A stretch of DNA of 64,000 nt from an uncultured Spirochaetota bacterium. GTDB lineage: Bacteria; Spirochaetota; Spirochaetia; SZUA-6; CAVTHK01. Location of the stretch: positions 256,001 through 320,000 of the forward strand of contig CAVTHK010000010.1 of assembly GCA_963734495.1 (NCBI GenBank), given 5' to 3'. This document shows positions 1-11,226 of the stretch, piece after piece. Below the pieces are notes generated by a model that ran no database searches, was not told where the DNA came from, and saw only the letters and a list, made by a program, of their open reading frames with translations. Positions within the stretch are counted from its first letter, which is position 1. Every line of letters begins with the position of its first letter. The position numbers were made by a program, and so were the translations under genes.

Positions 1-502
1 GCAGAAGGACCCCGATGGCCGCGGGCGCCGCGAGGGCCCCGACGCCGAAGAAAGCGTGCATCGTGTTCATGATGGAGGCGCCGGCCGTCGGGCCCGGAGC
101 CCGCGACCGCACGGGCGCTTGCGGGAGCAGCACGGGCAGCACGTTGACCGAGGTCTCCACGAACGAAGCGCCGAATCGCGTGAGGAAGTTCAGCGCCACC
201 GCCAGCGCAAAGGCGGGGACGACCCCGAAGGCGGCCAGCACGACGAGCTCGACGCAGAAGCCGGCGATCAGCGCCGCGCGCACGCCCCTGCGGTCGATGA
301 TCCGCCCGGCCACGAGCGGCCCCACTGTGAAGCCGAAGGAGCCTGCGCTCAGCAGGAGGCCCGCGAGGGGCCCGCGCACTCCGAACTCGCGCATGAGATC
401 CGGCAGCACCGGGCCGATCAGCATCAGCACCACGCCGTGCTGCGCCATGGCGGCGCTCCCCACGAGGATCCCGGAGAACCGCGAAGGGGCGCGGTTGCTC
501 AT
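1..502 (-). CDS. MFS transporter (3' end runs off the window)
   Basis: Read by hand from the ATG at 502, which overlaps the upstream stop (ATGA): MSNRAPSRFSGILVGSAAMAQHGVVLMLIGPVLPDLMREFG...AGRIIDRRGVR; MFS motif A-like loop and hydrophobic helices. Absent from the ORF track because it has no stop inside the window. Confidence 0.8.
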   Translation of the reverse strand, partial: MSNRAPSRFSGILVGSAAMAQHGVVLMLIGPVLPDLMREFGVRGPLAGLLLSAGSFGFTVGPLVAGRIIDRRGVRAALIAGFCVELVVLAAFGVVPAFALAVALNFLTRFGASFVETSVNVLPVLLPQAPVRSRAPGPTAGASIMNTMHAFFGVGALAAPAAIGVLL

Positions 503-1422
503 CGCTCTCCCCTCGTGTAGATCTCGCCCAGCATCGCCGGAGCCGCCATGCCGCGCTCACCCTGGCTCAGGCCGCCCAGCACGAGCGCCGCAAGCGTCGC
601 CGCGTACGGGAGCATGCCGAGCAGGTTCGGGGGCACGCCGAGCGGCTGCAGCAGGTACTGCAGGACGAACACTCCGCCGAAGAGAAAGGCGCCGGCAAAG
701 GCGCGCAGCGGGTTCCAGAGGGCGAAGATCGTGAGCGCCACGACGATCCAGCCCCGGCCGCCGGTCATGCCTTCAATCCAGGACTTGCTGTAGGCCAGCG
801 AGAGGTGAGCGCCGCCCATGCCGGCGAGCGCTCCGCCGATGGCCACGCAGAGGTAGCGCACGGACGCCACACCGACCCCCTGCGACTCCGCGGCCGCGGG
901 GTTCTCTCCGACGGAGCGGACGCGCACGCCCCACATCGTATGCCGCAGCAGGAACCAGAAACCGAGGCCGAACAGGACCCCCAGGTAGAAGAAGGGGTCC
1001 CGCGCGAAGAGCACCCGCCCCACGACCGGAAGGCCGCTCAGGACGGGGATCGGCGCCTCGGTCATGGTATGCGCCAGCGGTTGTCCGATGTAGGGCTTGC
1101 CCAGGAGGCCGCTCAGCCCGGTGCCGATCATGGCGAGCGCGAGGCCGGAGACCACCTGGTTGGCGCGCAGCGTCACCGACACAAAGGCATGCACGAGCGA
1201 GAGGGCGGCGCCCGCGGCCAGCCCTGCGCCCATCCCGATCCACGGGCTGCCGGTGGCGAGCGCCGCGAGGTAGCCGGTGACCGCGCCGACGGCCATCATG
1301 CCTTCGACGCCGAGGTTCAGCACGCCCGAGCGCTCGGCCACGATCTCGCCGATGGTCCCGAGCAGCAGCGGCGTCCCGGCGACGATTGCGCGCACGAGGA
1401 CCGTCACCACAATCGAATCCAT
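499..1422 (-). CDS. Nucleoside/BMP-type ABC transporter permease (NupC/YufQ-like)
   Basis: TPLLLGTIGEIVAERSGVLNLGVEGMM and GRGWIVVALTIFALWNP motifs of the BPD_transp_2 family; operon context. Confidence 0.92.
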   Translation of the reverse strand: MDSIVVTVLVRAIVAGTPLLLGTIGEIVAERSGVLNLGVEGMMAVGAVTGYLAALATGSPWIGMGAGLAAGAALSLVHAFVSVTLRANQVVSGLALAMIGTGLSGLLGKPYIGQPLAHTMTEAPIPVLSGLPVVGRVLFARDPFFYLGVLFGLGFWFLLRHTMWGVRVRSVGENPAAAESQGVGVASVRYLCVAIGGALAGMGGAHLSLAYSKSWIEGMTGGRGWIVVALTIFALWNPLRAFAGAFLFGGVFVLQYLLQPLGVPPNLLGMLPYAATLAALVLGGLSQGERGMAAPAMLGEIYTRGER

Positions 1423-1431
1423 GCGCGCCTC

Positions 1432-2507
1432 CTATGCGGCGACGCCCCACGACAGCCGGACGTGGTGCCTGAGGAAGTAGTCGCCCGCGATCAGGAACAC
1501 GAGCAGCATCCCGTTGAAGACCTGCACCGTCGCCGCGGGAAGGCCCAGCGAGATCTGGATCGCGTCGCCTCCGACGAGGATGCCCGCGAAGAACAAGCCC
1601 GCGAGCACGGCGCCCAGCGGATTGAGCTTGCCGAGCCACGCCACGATGATCGCGGTGTAGCCGTAGTTTCCCGAGATCGAGAGCGGATACGTCAGGTGGT
1701 GGTGCACCCCGGCGACCTCTCCCACGCCGGCCAGGCCCGCGACCCCGCCGCTCAGCGCCATCATCAGCAGCGTCACCCGCGTCAGGTTGATCCCGGCGTA
1801 GCGGGCGGCTTCGCGGTTCTCGCCGACGACGCGCAGCTCGTAGCCGAACCGCGTCCGCTGCACCAGCAGGTACAGCACGAACGCGGCCGCGAGCGCGAGG
1901 ACGAGGGTCACCGCGTGGATCCGCGTCCCGGGAATGACGGTCAGGGTCGCCGCCGGCCCCAGGTCGTCGGTGTACGGAAAGCCCTGCTGCGTGACCCCTT
2001 TCCACGGGCCCGTCACGAGCAGCGTCAGCAGCTCCGAGGCGATGTAGTTCAGCATCAGCGTCGAGATGACCTCGTTGACGCCGAAACGGGTCCGCAGCGC
2101 GGCCGGGATGAGGCCCCAGAGCGCGCCGCCCAGGAAGCCGGCGGCGAACATCGAGGCGACGAGCAGCGGCCCGGGCAGCTGCCAGTGGAGGCCCACCCAG
2201 CCGGCGAACGTCGCGCCGAGGAGAAGCTGGCTCTCGGCACCGATGTTCCAGAACTTCGCGCGGAAGGCAATGGCGAGGCCCGACGCGATGAGGATGAGCG
2301 GGATCGCCTTGGTCACGGTCTCCCCCAGCCCGTAGAGACTGCCGAAGGAGCCGCCGAAGATGCGGTAGATGGCGTAGAAGGGGTTCACGCCGCTCACGAC
2401 GAACATCAGGCCGACGGCGACCAGGCCGGCGAGCACGGACCCCGCCAGAACCGCGGCGGGCAGCCATGCGGGAGCGTCGTAGCGGGGGCTTACGCGGACG
2501 CCGACCT

Positions 2508-2511
<4 letters not shown>
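1432..2511 (-). CDS. Nucleoside/BMP-type ABC transporter permease (NupB/YufP-like)
   Basis: C-terminal part of ORF 1432..3714; start MKVGVRVS overlaps the ATPase stop; WNIGAESQ, NEVISTLMLNYIA and GYTAIIVAWLG motifs. Confidence 0.92.
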
Positions 2512-4043
<1,532 letters not shown>

Positions 4044-4092
4044 GGGCTCAGGCTTCGACCGGCGCGAACGGGAGGGACGTTCGGTAGAGATC

Positions 4093-4114
4093 GGGGGAGC
4101 CTTGCGGCTCCCCC
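4093..4114. terminator. GC hairpin after the binding-protein gene (mRNA stabiliser or weak terminator)
   Basis: GGGGGAGCC-TTGC-GGCTCCCCC perfect 9-bp stem; no U-tract. Confidence 0.5.
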
Positions 4115-4149
4115 CTGTTCCGTACGCGGCCCGCGCGCGGCGCGGGCGC

Positions 4150-5334
4150 TCAGCGCGGGACGTCGCCGACGATGTTGTCGACGTAGTAGTCGATGCTCAG
4201 CAGCTCCTGCTTGGTGCCGATCCGGCCGGCGGGGATCTTCTCGTTGCCCTTGTTGTCCTTGATCGGGCCGGCGAAGGGGTCGAAGGTCTCGCGGCTCTGC
4301 TGCATCTGCTCGTAGCGCTTCATCACGAGGTCGTAGGCGCTGAGCTTGCCCAGATCCTTGCTCTCGACCATCGCCTTCTTGAGCGCGTCGACGAACTTGG
4401 GGTTGATCGGCTCGTTCACGGCGCCGCCGAGCACCGCCGCCTTCTCCTTGGCCATCCACCACAGGTCCTCGTTGCTGAACTTCCCGTCGCGGACGTCCTG
4501 GAACATCTTGACGTACATCACGCCCCAGTCGACGAGCTGCCCCGAGACGACCGAGTCGGGCCCGAACTTCTCCATGGGGCTGTAGTGGCTGAAGGTGTAG
4601 ATCTGCTGTCCCTTCTTGGTGTGGTCCTCGCCCACCTCGATGACGCTCGGCGAGTCCTCGGTAAACGCCAGGCAGTCGACGCCGTCGGCGACGAGAGCCT
4701 CGGCGGCCTCCTTGGCCTTGGTGGGGTCGTACCAGGCGTAGATCCAGCGCACCTGGACCTTCGCCTTGGGGTTGCTCACCTTGACGCCGAGCGCGTACGC
4801 GTCGATGTGGCGCACGACCTCGGGGGTCGGGAACGCGCCCACGTAGCCGATCTTGCCGCTCTTGGTGAGCGCGCCGGCCATGATGCCGTTCAGGTAGTAC
4901 ATCTGGTAGAGATCAGCGAAGTACGTCCCGACGTTCTTGGCGTTCTTGAAGCCCGAGCAGTGATAGAACAGCGCGTTCGGGTACTTGGCGCCGGCTTTGA
5001 CCGTGTCGTCCATGTAGCCGAAGCTGGTCGTGAGGACGACGTCGCACTTCTCCTCCTGGACGAGGCGGTCGATGACACGCATGGCATCGCCTTCGGGCAC
5101 GCTCTCGACGTACACCGTGTCGAGCCACGGCAGCTTGGAGATCGCGTACTTGCGGCCCACGTCGTGGGCGTTGGTAAAGCCGTAGTCGCCGATCGGCCCG
5201 ACGTACACGAACCCGGCCTTGAGCCTCTTCTCGGCCGCGGGCTTCGCGGCCTCTTTCTTCGCGCAGCCGGCCAGCACCAGCCCGAGGACCAGCAGCACCG
5301 ATGCGAGCACCAAGAGCGGACGCCTGATCTTCAT
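4150..5334 (-). CDS. BMP/PnrA-family ABC substrate-binding lipoprotein
   Basis: Lipobox LAGC; GFVYVGPIGDYGFTNAHD, TTSFGYMD and WYDPTK motifs; AAGGAG RBS before MKIRRPLL. Confidence 0.93.
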   Translation of the reverse strand: MKIRRPLLVLASVLLVLGLVLAGCAKKEAAKPAAEKRLKAGFVYVGPIGDYGFTNAHDVGRKYAISKLPWLDTVYVESVPEGDAMRVIDRLVQEEKCDVVLTTSFGYMDDTVKAGAKYPNALFYHCSGFKNAKNVGTYFADLYQMYYLNGIMAGALTKSGKIGYVGAFPTPEVVRHIDAYALGVKVSNPKAKVQVRWIYAWYDPTKAKEAAEALVADGVDCLAFTEDSPSVIEVGEDHTKKGQQIYTFSHYSPMEKFGPDSVVSGQLVDWGVMYVKMFQDVRDGKFSNEDLWWMAKEKAAVLGGAVNEPINPKFVDALKKAMVESKDLGKLSAYDLVMKRYEQMQQSRETFDPFAGPIKDNKGNEKIPAGRIGTKQELLSIDYYVDNIVGDVPR

Positions 5335-5512
5335 TCTATGGCTCCTTTTCTGTCGATCGCGCCTGGCAGGAGCGCGCAGCAGGAGGCACGCGGCGGCGCG
5401 AGGGACCCGGGTACAATAGGGGCCGCCGCGGCGCGATGTCAAGGTTCGCGGCCGGGGGCGACAGTCCCGCGCGCGACCAATCGGAGCAGTGAAAGAGCAG
5501 TGAGCGCTTTTC

Positions 5513-5541
5513 TTGACAGATCGACTCCGGGAACCTAGAGT
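5513..5541 (+). promoter_or_regulatory. Sigma70-type promoter of the ugp-like operon
   Basis: TTGACA-N17-TAGAGT. A divergent TTGACA-N18-TATTGT candidate lies at 5442-5413 for the bmp operon. Confidence 0.6.
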
Positions 5542-5579
5542 CTATCCACCAGCCGCTGACGGCGGTGAGGAGGCAACCC

Positions 5580-6860
5580 TTGACAGCATGGATGATTCGG
5601 AGGCTCACGGCTGTGGTCGTTGGCCTGGCGTTGGGGATGGCGCCGGCATGGGCGAGCGGCAAGCAGGAGCAGGCATCCGCCTCTCAGGGTCCGGTCAAGA
5701 TAACGCTGTGGTATTCGGTCTCAGGCGATCCCGGCAAGGCGACGCAGGTGCTGGTCGAGAGATTCAACCAGTCTCAGAACAAGGTTCAGCTCGAAGGGGT
5801 CTACAGCGGCAGCTACGAGGACACGATGCCCAAGCTGCTCGCGGCCGCCGTGGCGGGCGGGCTGCCTTCGATCGCCCACATGGCGCACGCCTATGCGCCG
5901 CAGATGGTCAAGGCGGGGTACATCGAGTCGCTGGACGACCTGCTCTCCAAGGAGCCCGAAGTCAAGGCGGACTACGTGCAGTCCCTCTACGACGCCAACG
6001 TGTACCAGGGCAAGGTCTACGGCGTGCCGTACAACTGCAGCACGCCGATCTACTACTACAACAAGGACCTCTACAAGAAAGCGGGAATGGACCCGGAGAA
6101 GAGCCCCGCGACCTGGGACGACATGTACCAGGCATCGGCCAGGATCACGTCGCTCGGAGGCGACACGATCGGGTACAACCTGGAGCGCGGCAGCGGCTGG
6201 ATCAGCCAGGGCTATGTCTGGGAGTTCGGCGGGGACTGGATCAGGGCGGACAACGGCGCCGTCCTCTGGGACACACCCGAGTCTGTCGCCGCCCTTTCCT
6301 TTATGAAGAAGATGGTCAAGGACAAGGTCGCCGTCTACAAGGGCGGGGACAAGCTCGACGCCAGCGGCAGGAGCGGAGGCGTGCTGCGATCGACGGCATC
6401 GCTCACTTCGATCATCAGCCGCTTCCAGTACAACGTCGGGGTCGGCGTCGTGCCGCGCAACGTGAAGCAGATCGTACCGATGGGCGGCGGAAGCCTCTAC
6501 ATCGTCAAGGGCAAGCCGGCCGCGGAAAAGCTCGCTGCGTGGGAGTTCCTCAAGTTCGCCACCAACCCGGTGAGCCAGATGTTCTGGGCCAAGTCGACCG
6601 GCTATCAGGCATCGAGCAAGAAAGCGGTCGATTCCGTCGAGATGAAGCAGCTCTGGGAGAAGGACCCTCGCTGGAAAAAGACGTACGACCAGCTCGCGTA
6701 TGCCCAGGGCGAAGACCACACGTGGCTCGGACCGTTCCAGGAGGTCCGGGACGTCTTCAACGACGCGTGGGACCGGACGATCCTGAACGATCTCGACCCC
6801 AGGGCGACGCTCGCCGAGGCGCAGGCAAAGGCGAACAAGATCCTCAGCGAGAACAAGTAG
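5580..6860 (+). CDS. UgpB-like ABC substrate-binding protein (glycerol-3-phosphate/sugar)
   Basis: Signal peptide ending AWA-SGKQE; YSGSYEDT, PYNCSTPIYYYNKD, PMGGGSLYI and WAKSTGY motifs. TTG start at 5580 is inferred from the GAGGAGG spacing; the ATG at 5592 is an alternative. Confidence 0.85.
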   Translation: MTAWMIRRLTAVVVGLALGMAPAWASGKQEQASASQGPVKITLWYSVSGDPGKATQVLVERFNQSQNKVQLEGVYSGSYEDTMPKLLAAAVAGGLPSIAHMAHAYAPQMVKAGYIESLDDLLSKEPEVKADYVQSLYDANVYQGKVYGVPYNCSTPIYYYNKDLYKKAGMDPEKSPATWDDMYQASARITSLGGDTIGYNLERGSGWISQGYVWEFGGDWIRADNGAVLWDTPESVAALSFMKKMVKDKVAVYKGGDKLDASGRSGGVLRSTASLTSIISRFQYNVGVGVVPRNVKQIVPMGGGSLYIVKGKPAAEKLAAWEFLKFATNPVSQMFWAKSTGYQASSKKAVDSVEMKQLWEKDPRWKKTYDQLAYAQGEDHTWLGPFQEVRDVFNDAWDRTILNDLDPRATLAEAQAKANKILSENK

Positions 6861-6870
6861 CGTGAGCGCC

Positions 6871-6895
6871 GGGGGGACCGCGCGGCGGCCCCCCC
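6871..6895 (+). terminator. GC hairpin after the binding-protein gene
   Basis: GGGGGGACCG-CGCGG-CGGCCCCCCC with one mismatch; no U-tract. Confidence 0.45.
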
Positions 6896-6925
6896 AAGTC
6901 GCCCGCGCCTGACGGAGCCTGCCCC

Positions 6926-7834
6926 TTGAACACCCGGACGGCAAACAGGATCAGGAAGCTCTTCTTCCTGGGTGTCTCCCTCGGCCCCGCGACGATCATC
7001 CTCGTGGTCTTTACCTACGTCGCGATCGTCTACTGCTTCTGGATCAGCCTCCACCGCTGGAACATGCTCACCCCGGCGCGATGGGTCGGGTTCGCGAACT
7101 ACGTCACGGCCTTCCAGTCCGCCGAGTTCTGGGATTCGGTCCGGATCACCTTTGTCTACACGCTCATCGCCGTGCCGTTCTGCGTCGTGCTGGGGCTCCT
7201 GATCGGCCTTCTTCTCAAGCAGATCACCCGCGGGCGCGCCTTCTTCAGGCTCATGTTCTTCCTGCCGGTGATCACGTCGATGATCGTCGCGGCGATGATC
7301 TGGGAGTGGATCTTCGACGCGGAGATGGGCCTGCTGAACAACCTGCTCTACGCCCTGGGCGCTTCGCGCGCCCCGCGCATCCACTGGATGAACTGGCTCA
7401 AGGACGCGCAGGGCGGCGCGATGGCGGCGGTCCTCACCGTGGGCATCTGGAAGCGCGTCGGCTACAACGCGGTCATCTTTCTCGCGGGCCTGAACAACAT
7501 CCCCGGCGAATACCAGGAAGCCGCGAGGATCGACGGAGCGGGCACGCTGCGGCGGTTCTGGACGATCACGCTGCCGCTGCTCTCGCCTACCACGTTCTTC
7601 GTCGTGGTGCTGCAGGTCATCTCGGCGTTCAGGGTCCTGGTCTCGGTGGCGGTCATGACGGGCGGCGGTCCTGCCAAGAGCACCAACGTGCTGGTCTACT
7701 ACCTGTACACGACTGCATTCCGCTACTTCAAGATGGGCGAAGGCGCCACGTTGGGCATGGTCGTTCTCCTCATCACACTCGTGTTCACGCTGATCCAGTT
7801 CCGGGTCGGGGAGAAGCGTGTCCACTATCAGTAG
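6926..7834 (+). CDS. Carbohydrate ABC permease (UgpA-like)
   Basis: WVGFANY and EAA loop YQEAARIDGA; ITLPLLSPT. Confidence 0.92.
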   Translation: MNTRTANRIRKLFFLGVSLGPATIILVVFTYVAIVYCFWISLHRWNMLTPARWVGFANYVTAFQSAEFWDSVRITFVYTLIAVPFCVVLGLLIGLLLKQITRGRAFFRLMFFLPVITSMIVAAMIWEWIFDAEMGLLNNLLYALGASRAPRIHWMNWLKDAQGGAMAAVLTVGIWKRVGYNAVIFLAGLNNIPGEYQEAARIDGAGTLRRFWTITLPLLSPTTFFVVVLQVISAFRVLVSVAVMTGGGPAKSTNVLVYYLYTTAFRYFKMGEGATLGMVVLLITLVFTLIQFRVGEKRVHYQ

Positions 7835-7841
7835 GGCCGGT

Positions 7842-8681
7842 ATGGGAATCGAATCGAGTCGCGCGCCCGCGATCGCCCGCAAGGCGGTCTTCTACCTGCT
7901 GCTGACCGCCCTTGTCGTCCTGATCAACTACCCCTTCTTCTGGATGCTCAGCACCTCGCTCAAGTCGGCAAAGGAGGTTTACCGGTTCCCGCCGTCGCTC
8001 CTCCCCGACGCCCCGATCTGGAGGAACTACCTGGACGCCTGGAAAGCGGCGCGGTGGGGCCGCTACTTCCTGAACTCCACGATCGCCTCGGTGATCCCCG
8101 CGGTCGCGCAGATGTTCTTCGGGTCGCTCGCCGCGTTCGCCTTCGCAAGGAAGTTCAAGGGCTCCCAGGCGCTCTTCCTGCTGTTCCTGGGCACGCTGAT
8201 GATCCCGGGCGAGGCGACCATGATCCCGAACTACGTGATCGTCAAGAACCTCGGGTGGATCGACACGTACATGGCGCTCACCGTGCCGTTCCTGGCGTCC
8301 GCGTTCGGCGTCTTCCTCCTGCGGCAGTTCTTCCTCACCATCCCGAAGGACCTGGAGGACGCTGCTTCCATCGACGGCTCGGGCCCCTTCCGCTACCTGT
8401 TCCTCGTCGTCATGCCGCTCGCGATGCCGGCGCTGCTGACCGTGGCCCTCTTTTCGTTCATGAACCACTGGAACGACTTTATCTGGCCCCTGATCGTCAC
8501 CAACAAGGACCAGATGCGGGTGATCCAGGTCGGGCTCGAGACATATCAGAGCGAGTGGATGACCGAATGGACGCTCCTCATGGCAGCATGCACGTTCACG
8601 ACCCTGCCCGTGATTGTCCTCTTCCTGCTCGTGCAGCGCCGGTTCATCGAAGGCATCACGCTCGGTGGGCTCAAACAGTAG
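7842..8681 (+). CDS. Carbohydrate ABC permease (UgpE-like)
   Basis: FLLRQFFLTIPKDLEDAASIDG and WNDFIWPL; start uncertain (7818 or 7842). Confidence 0.92.
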   Translation: MGIESSRAPAIARKAVFYLLLTALVVLINYPFFWMLSTSLKSAKEVYRFPPSLLPDAPIWRNYLDAWKAARWGRYFLNSTIASVIPAVAQMFFGSLAAFAFARKFKGSQALFLLFLGTLMIPGEATMIPNYVIVKNLGWIDTYMALTVPFLASAFGVFLLRQFFLTIPKDLEDAASIDGSGPFRYLFLVVMPLAMPALLTVALFSFMNHWNDFIWPLIVTNKDQMRVIQVGLETYQSEWMTEWTLLMAACTFTTLPVIVLFLLVQRRFIEGITLGGLKQ

Positions 8682-8777
8682 GCTGCCGCCTGTGCGCCCG
8701 ACCACAGAATACGATCGCATTTGTTCGAATAGGCCGCCTGAGCTCCTTCCACATTCACAATCCGATCATTTTGTTGC

Positions 8778-8806
8778 TTGACGGGTCGCTTTCGTCGGAA
8801 TAGAGT
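8778..8806 (+). promoter_or_regulatory. Sigma70-type promoter for the nucleotidase-DeoR-GDPD genes
   Basis: TTGACG-N17-TAGAGT in an AT-richer intergenic region. Confidence 0.6.
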
Positions 8807-8860
8807 CACGACGGCTTGTCAACCTGCAACGCGCAAGCGACCAAAGGAGGGGCCCTGCCC

Positions 8861-10414
8861 ATGAATCGCTCGAGGAAGTTCGCCCGTGCTGCCGCGACGC
8901 TCGGGCTGCTGATACTGGTTCTCCTGGGTGGCTGCCGCACGACACCCGATGCCCGGCCCGTTCACCTCAAGGTGGTGCACGTCAACGACACCCACTCCCA
9001 CCTGTATCCTTTCAAGTCGCCGACGACGGGGATGCTCGAACCGCTCGGGGGGTTCGCGAGGCTCGCCACGGTCGTCGGACAGGAGCGCGCCGGCGCGGAG
9101 CCGGTCCTGCTCCTCCACGGCGGCGACTCGCTGGTCGGGTCCGACTCCAACTACCTGGTCAACGGCAAGCCCGATTACGCGACCCTCCCATCCTACGGCT
9201 ACCGCGGCATCGACGACTTCGACGCCATGAACGCGCTCGGGTTCGATGCGATGGTCATCGGCAACCACGAGCTCGACTACGGCAGGCGCTGGATCGAAGG
9301 CTTGATCGGCCGCGCAAAGTTCCCGGTCCTCTCCGCCGACGTCATCCGCAGGGACCTCCCCGACCTCGACGGGTCGAGCGGGAAGCTGTTGGCGCGACCC
9401 TACGTGATCCTGAACCGCGGCGGCCTGCGCATCGGCATCATCGGTCTCACGACCACGCAGTACATCCAGAGCCTGCAGGTCCAGGTGAAGGACCCCGTCG
9501 AGGTGGCGCGCGAGCTCGTGCCCCAGGTGGCCCGGCAGTCCGACCTGGTCCTCGTGCTGTCGCACCTCGGCTTCAAGCCCGACATGGAGCTGGCGCGCGC
9601 GGTCCCCGGGATCGACCTCATCGTCGGGGGTCACTCGCACACCATGGTGAACGAGCCCGTCCTGATCGGCGAGACGCTGATCGTGCAGGACGGGGCCTTT
9701 GCGCCGCAGGTGGGGATCCTCGACCTGACGGTTGCCGGCGGGAAGATCGCGCAGTACACCTACCGGCTCAAGACGCTGGACGCGTCGGTCCCCGAAGACG
9801 CGAAGGTCAAGGCCGCGCTCGACGGCCTGCTCGCCATCGGGAGCGTCGGCGACAGGCCGCTCACCGGCAGGATGTTCGAGAGGAGCAGCCTCAATTCCCT
9901 CGCGACCTCCGCGATGCTCAAGGCGACGGACGCCGATGCGGCGCTGATCGCGGCCGATTCGTTGAGCGGCTCGCTCGGCCCCGGCGCGCCGTCGGCGCAG
10001 CAGTTCTTCAACGTCTTCTGGCCCTACCACGGCCGCGGCCAGATGCCGGAAAAGGACATGAGCGAGAGGCAGCTGATCGCCACGGTCGGCGTGACCGACA
10101 GGGCGCTGCGCAGCCTCGCGCGCGGCTCCGACGGCCTGAGGACGATCGTGGTCGCCGCGGTCGCGCCGGACGCGTTCCAGCGGTGGGCCTCGGCCAACGA
10201 GGGTCGCTCGGGCGACCCCGACTACGTGCAGGTGGACCTGCGCCTGCCCGCCTCGGGCTCCGCTTCGCCGCCCGTACGGTCGCTGGTCACGACCATCGAT
10301 CTCGCGCTGCGCCTCGAGCGTCTCGGGCTCCCCGTCGACCTGCAGCGCCTGCAGATCACGAGGGCGGAGCTCTTCGAGGACGTACTGGCATACCTCGCGT
10401 CGGGCCGTCCATAG
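8861..10414 (+). CDS. 5'-nucleotidase-family metallophosphoesterase lipoprotein
   Basis: Lipobox LGGC; NDTHSH, GGD, GNHELD, LSHLG and GGHSH metal motifs; AAAGGAGG RBS. Confidence 0.88.
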   Translation: MNRSRKFARAAATLGLLILVLLGGCRTTPDARPVHLKVVHVNDTHSHLYPFKSPTTGMLEPLGGFARLATVVGQERAGAEPVLLLHGGDSLVGSDSNYLVNGKPDYATLPSYGYRGIDDFDAMNALGFDAMVIGNHELDYGRRWIEGLIGRAKFPVLSADVIRRDLPDLDGSSGKLLARPYVILNRGGLRIGIIGLTTTQYIQSLQVQVKDPVEVARELVPQVARQSDLVLVLSHLGFKPDMELARAVPGIDLIVGGHSHTMVNEPVLIGETLIVQDGAFAPQVGILDLTVAGGKIAQYTYRLKTLDASVPEDAKVKAALDGLLAIGSVGDRPLTGRMFERSSLNSLATSAMLKATDADAALIAADSLSGSLGPGAPSAQQFFNVFWPYHGRGQMPEKDMSERQLIATVGVTDRALRSLARGSDGLRTIVVAAVAPDAFQRWASANEGRSGDPDYVQVDLRLPASGSASPPVRSLVTTIDLALRLERLGLPVDLQRLQITRAELFEDVLAYLASGRP

Positions 10415-10424
10415 GAAGCTTGCC

Positions 10425-11210
10425 GTGGCCGCCCACAGGATCCCCGCCGAGCGTCAGCACCGGATCCACCGTCTCGCCGAGGAGCACGGGATCATCGGCG
10501 TCGCCGAGCTGAGCTCGCTGCTGGCGGTTTCCGAGATCACGATCCGCAGAGACCTGGCTGCTCTGGAGCGCCGCGGGATCCTCGAGCGGTCGCGCGGCGG
10601 CGCCATCTGCACTCACCACAAGCGCGTGGAGACCCTGTTCTCGCAGAAGGGCCTCGACTGCCGCGCGGAAAAGGAGGCGATCGGCCGCGCGGCCGCGCAG
10701 CTCATCGACGATGGCGACACGATCTTCGTCAACGGAGGCTCGACCACCCTCGAAGTCATCCGCAACCTCGGCGCCAGGAAGGTGCGGGTGATCACGAACA
10801 ACGTCGCCGCCGCCCTGGAAGGGCCGAAGGTCGGCGTCGAACTGATCCTCATCGGCGGCGAGTACCGGTCGCAATCGAACTCGGTCGTCGGGGGATTCGC
10901 GACGGCGATGCTGCGGCAGATCTGGGCCGGCAAGGCGATCATAGGCATCGACGGGATCAGCGTCCGGGAAGGGCTGACTCATCCGGTGGAGCAGGAGGCC
11001 GAGATCACGCGACAGATGATCGAGCGAACCCGCGGCCCCGTGATCGTCGTCGCCGATCACCGTAAGCTCGCGGTCGTGTCGAACTTCGCCGCCGGCCCTA
11101 TCGACGCGGTGGACATGCTGGTCACCGACCAGGCGTGCCCCGCCGACTACCGGGCCGAGCTCGAGCAGGCCGGCGTCAGGATCATCATCGCTTCGACCGA
11201 GAGCCTGTAA
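10425..11210 (+). CDS. DeoR/GlpR-family transcriptional regulator
   Basis: HTH VSEITIRRDLAALE; EKEAIGRAAA, GGSTT, ITNN. Confidence 0.95.
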   Translation: MAAHRIPAERQHRIHRLAEEHGIIGVAELSSLLAVSEITIRRDLAALERRGILERSRGGAICTHHKRVETLFSQKGLDCRAEKEAIGRAAAQLIDDGDTIFVNGGSTTLEVIRNLGARKVRVITNNVAAALEGPKVGVELILIGGEYRSQSNSVVGGFATAMLRQIWAGKAIIGIDGISVREGLTHPVEQEAEITRQMIERTRGPVIVVADHRKLAVVSNFAAGPIDAVDMLVTDQACPADYRAELEQAGVRIIIASTESL

Positions 11211-11226
11211 CGAAAGGAGCGTAGGG

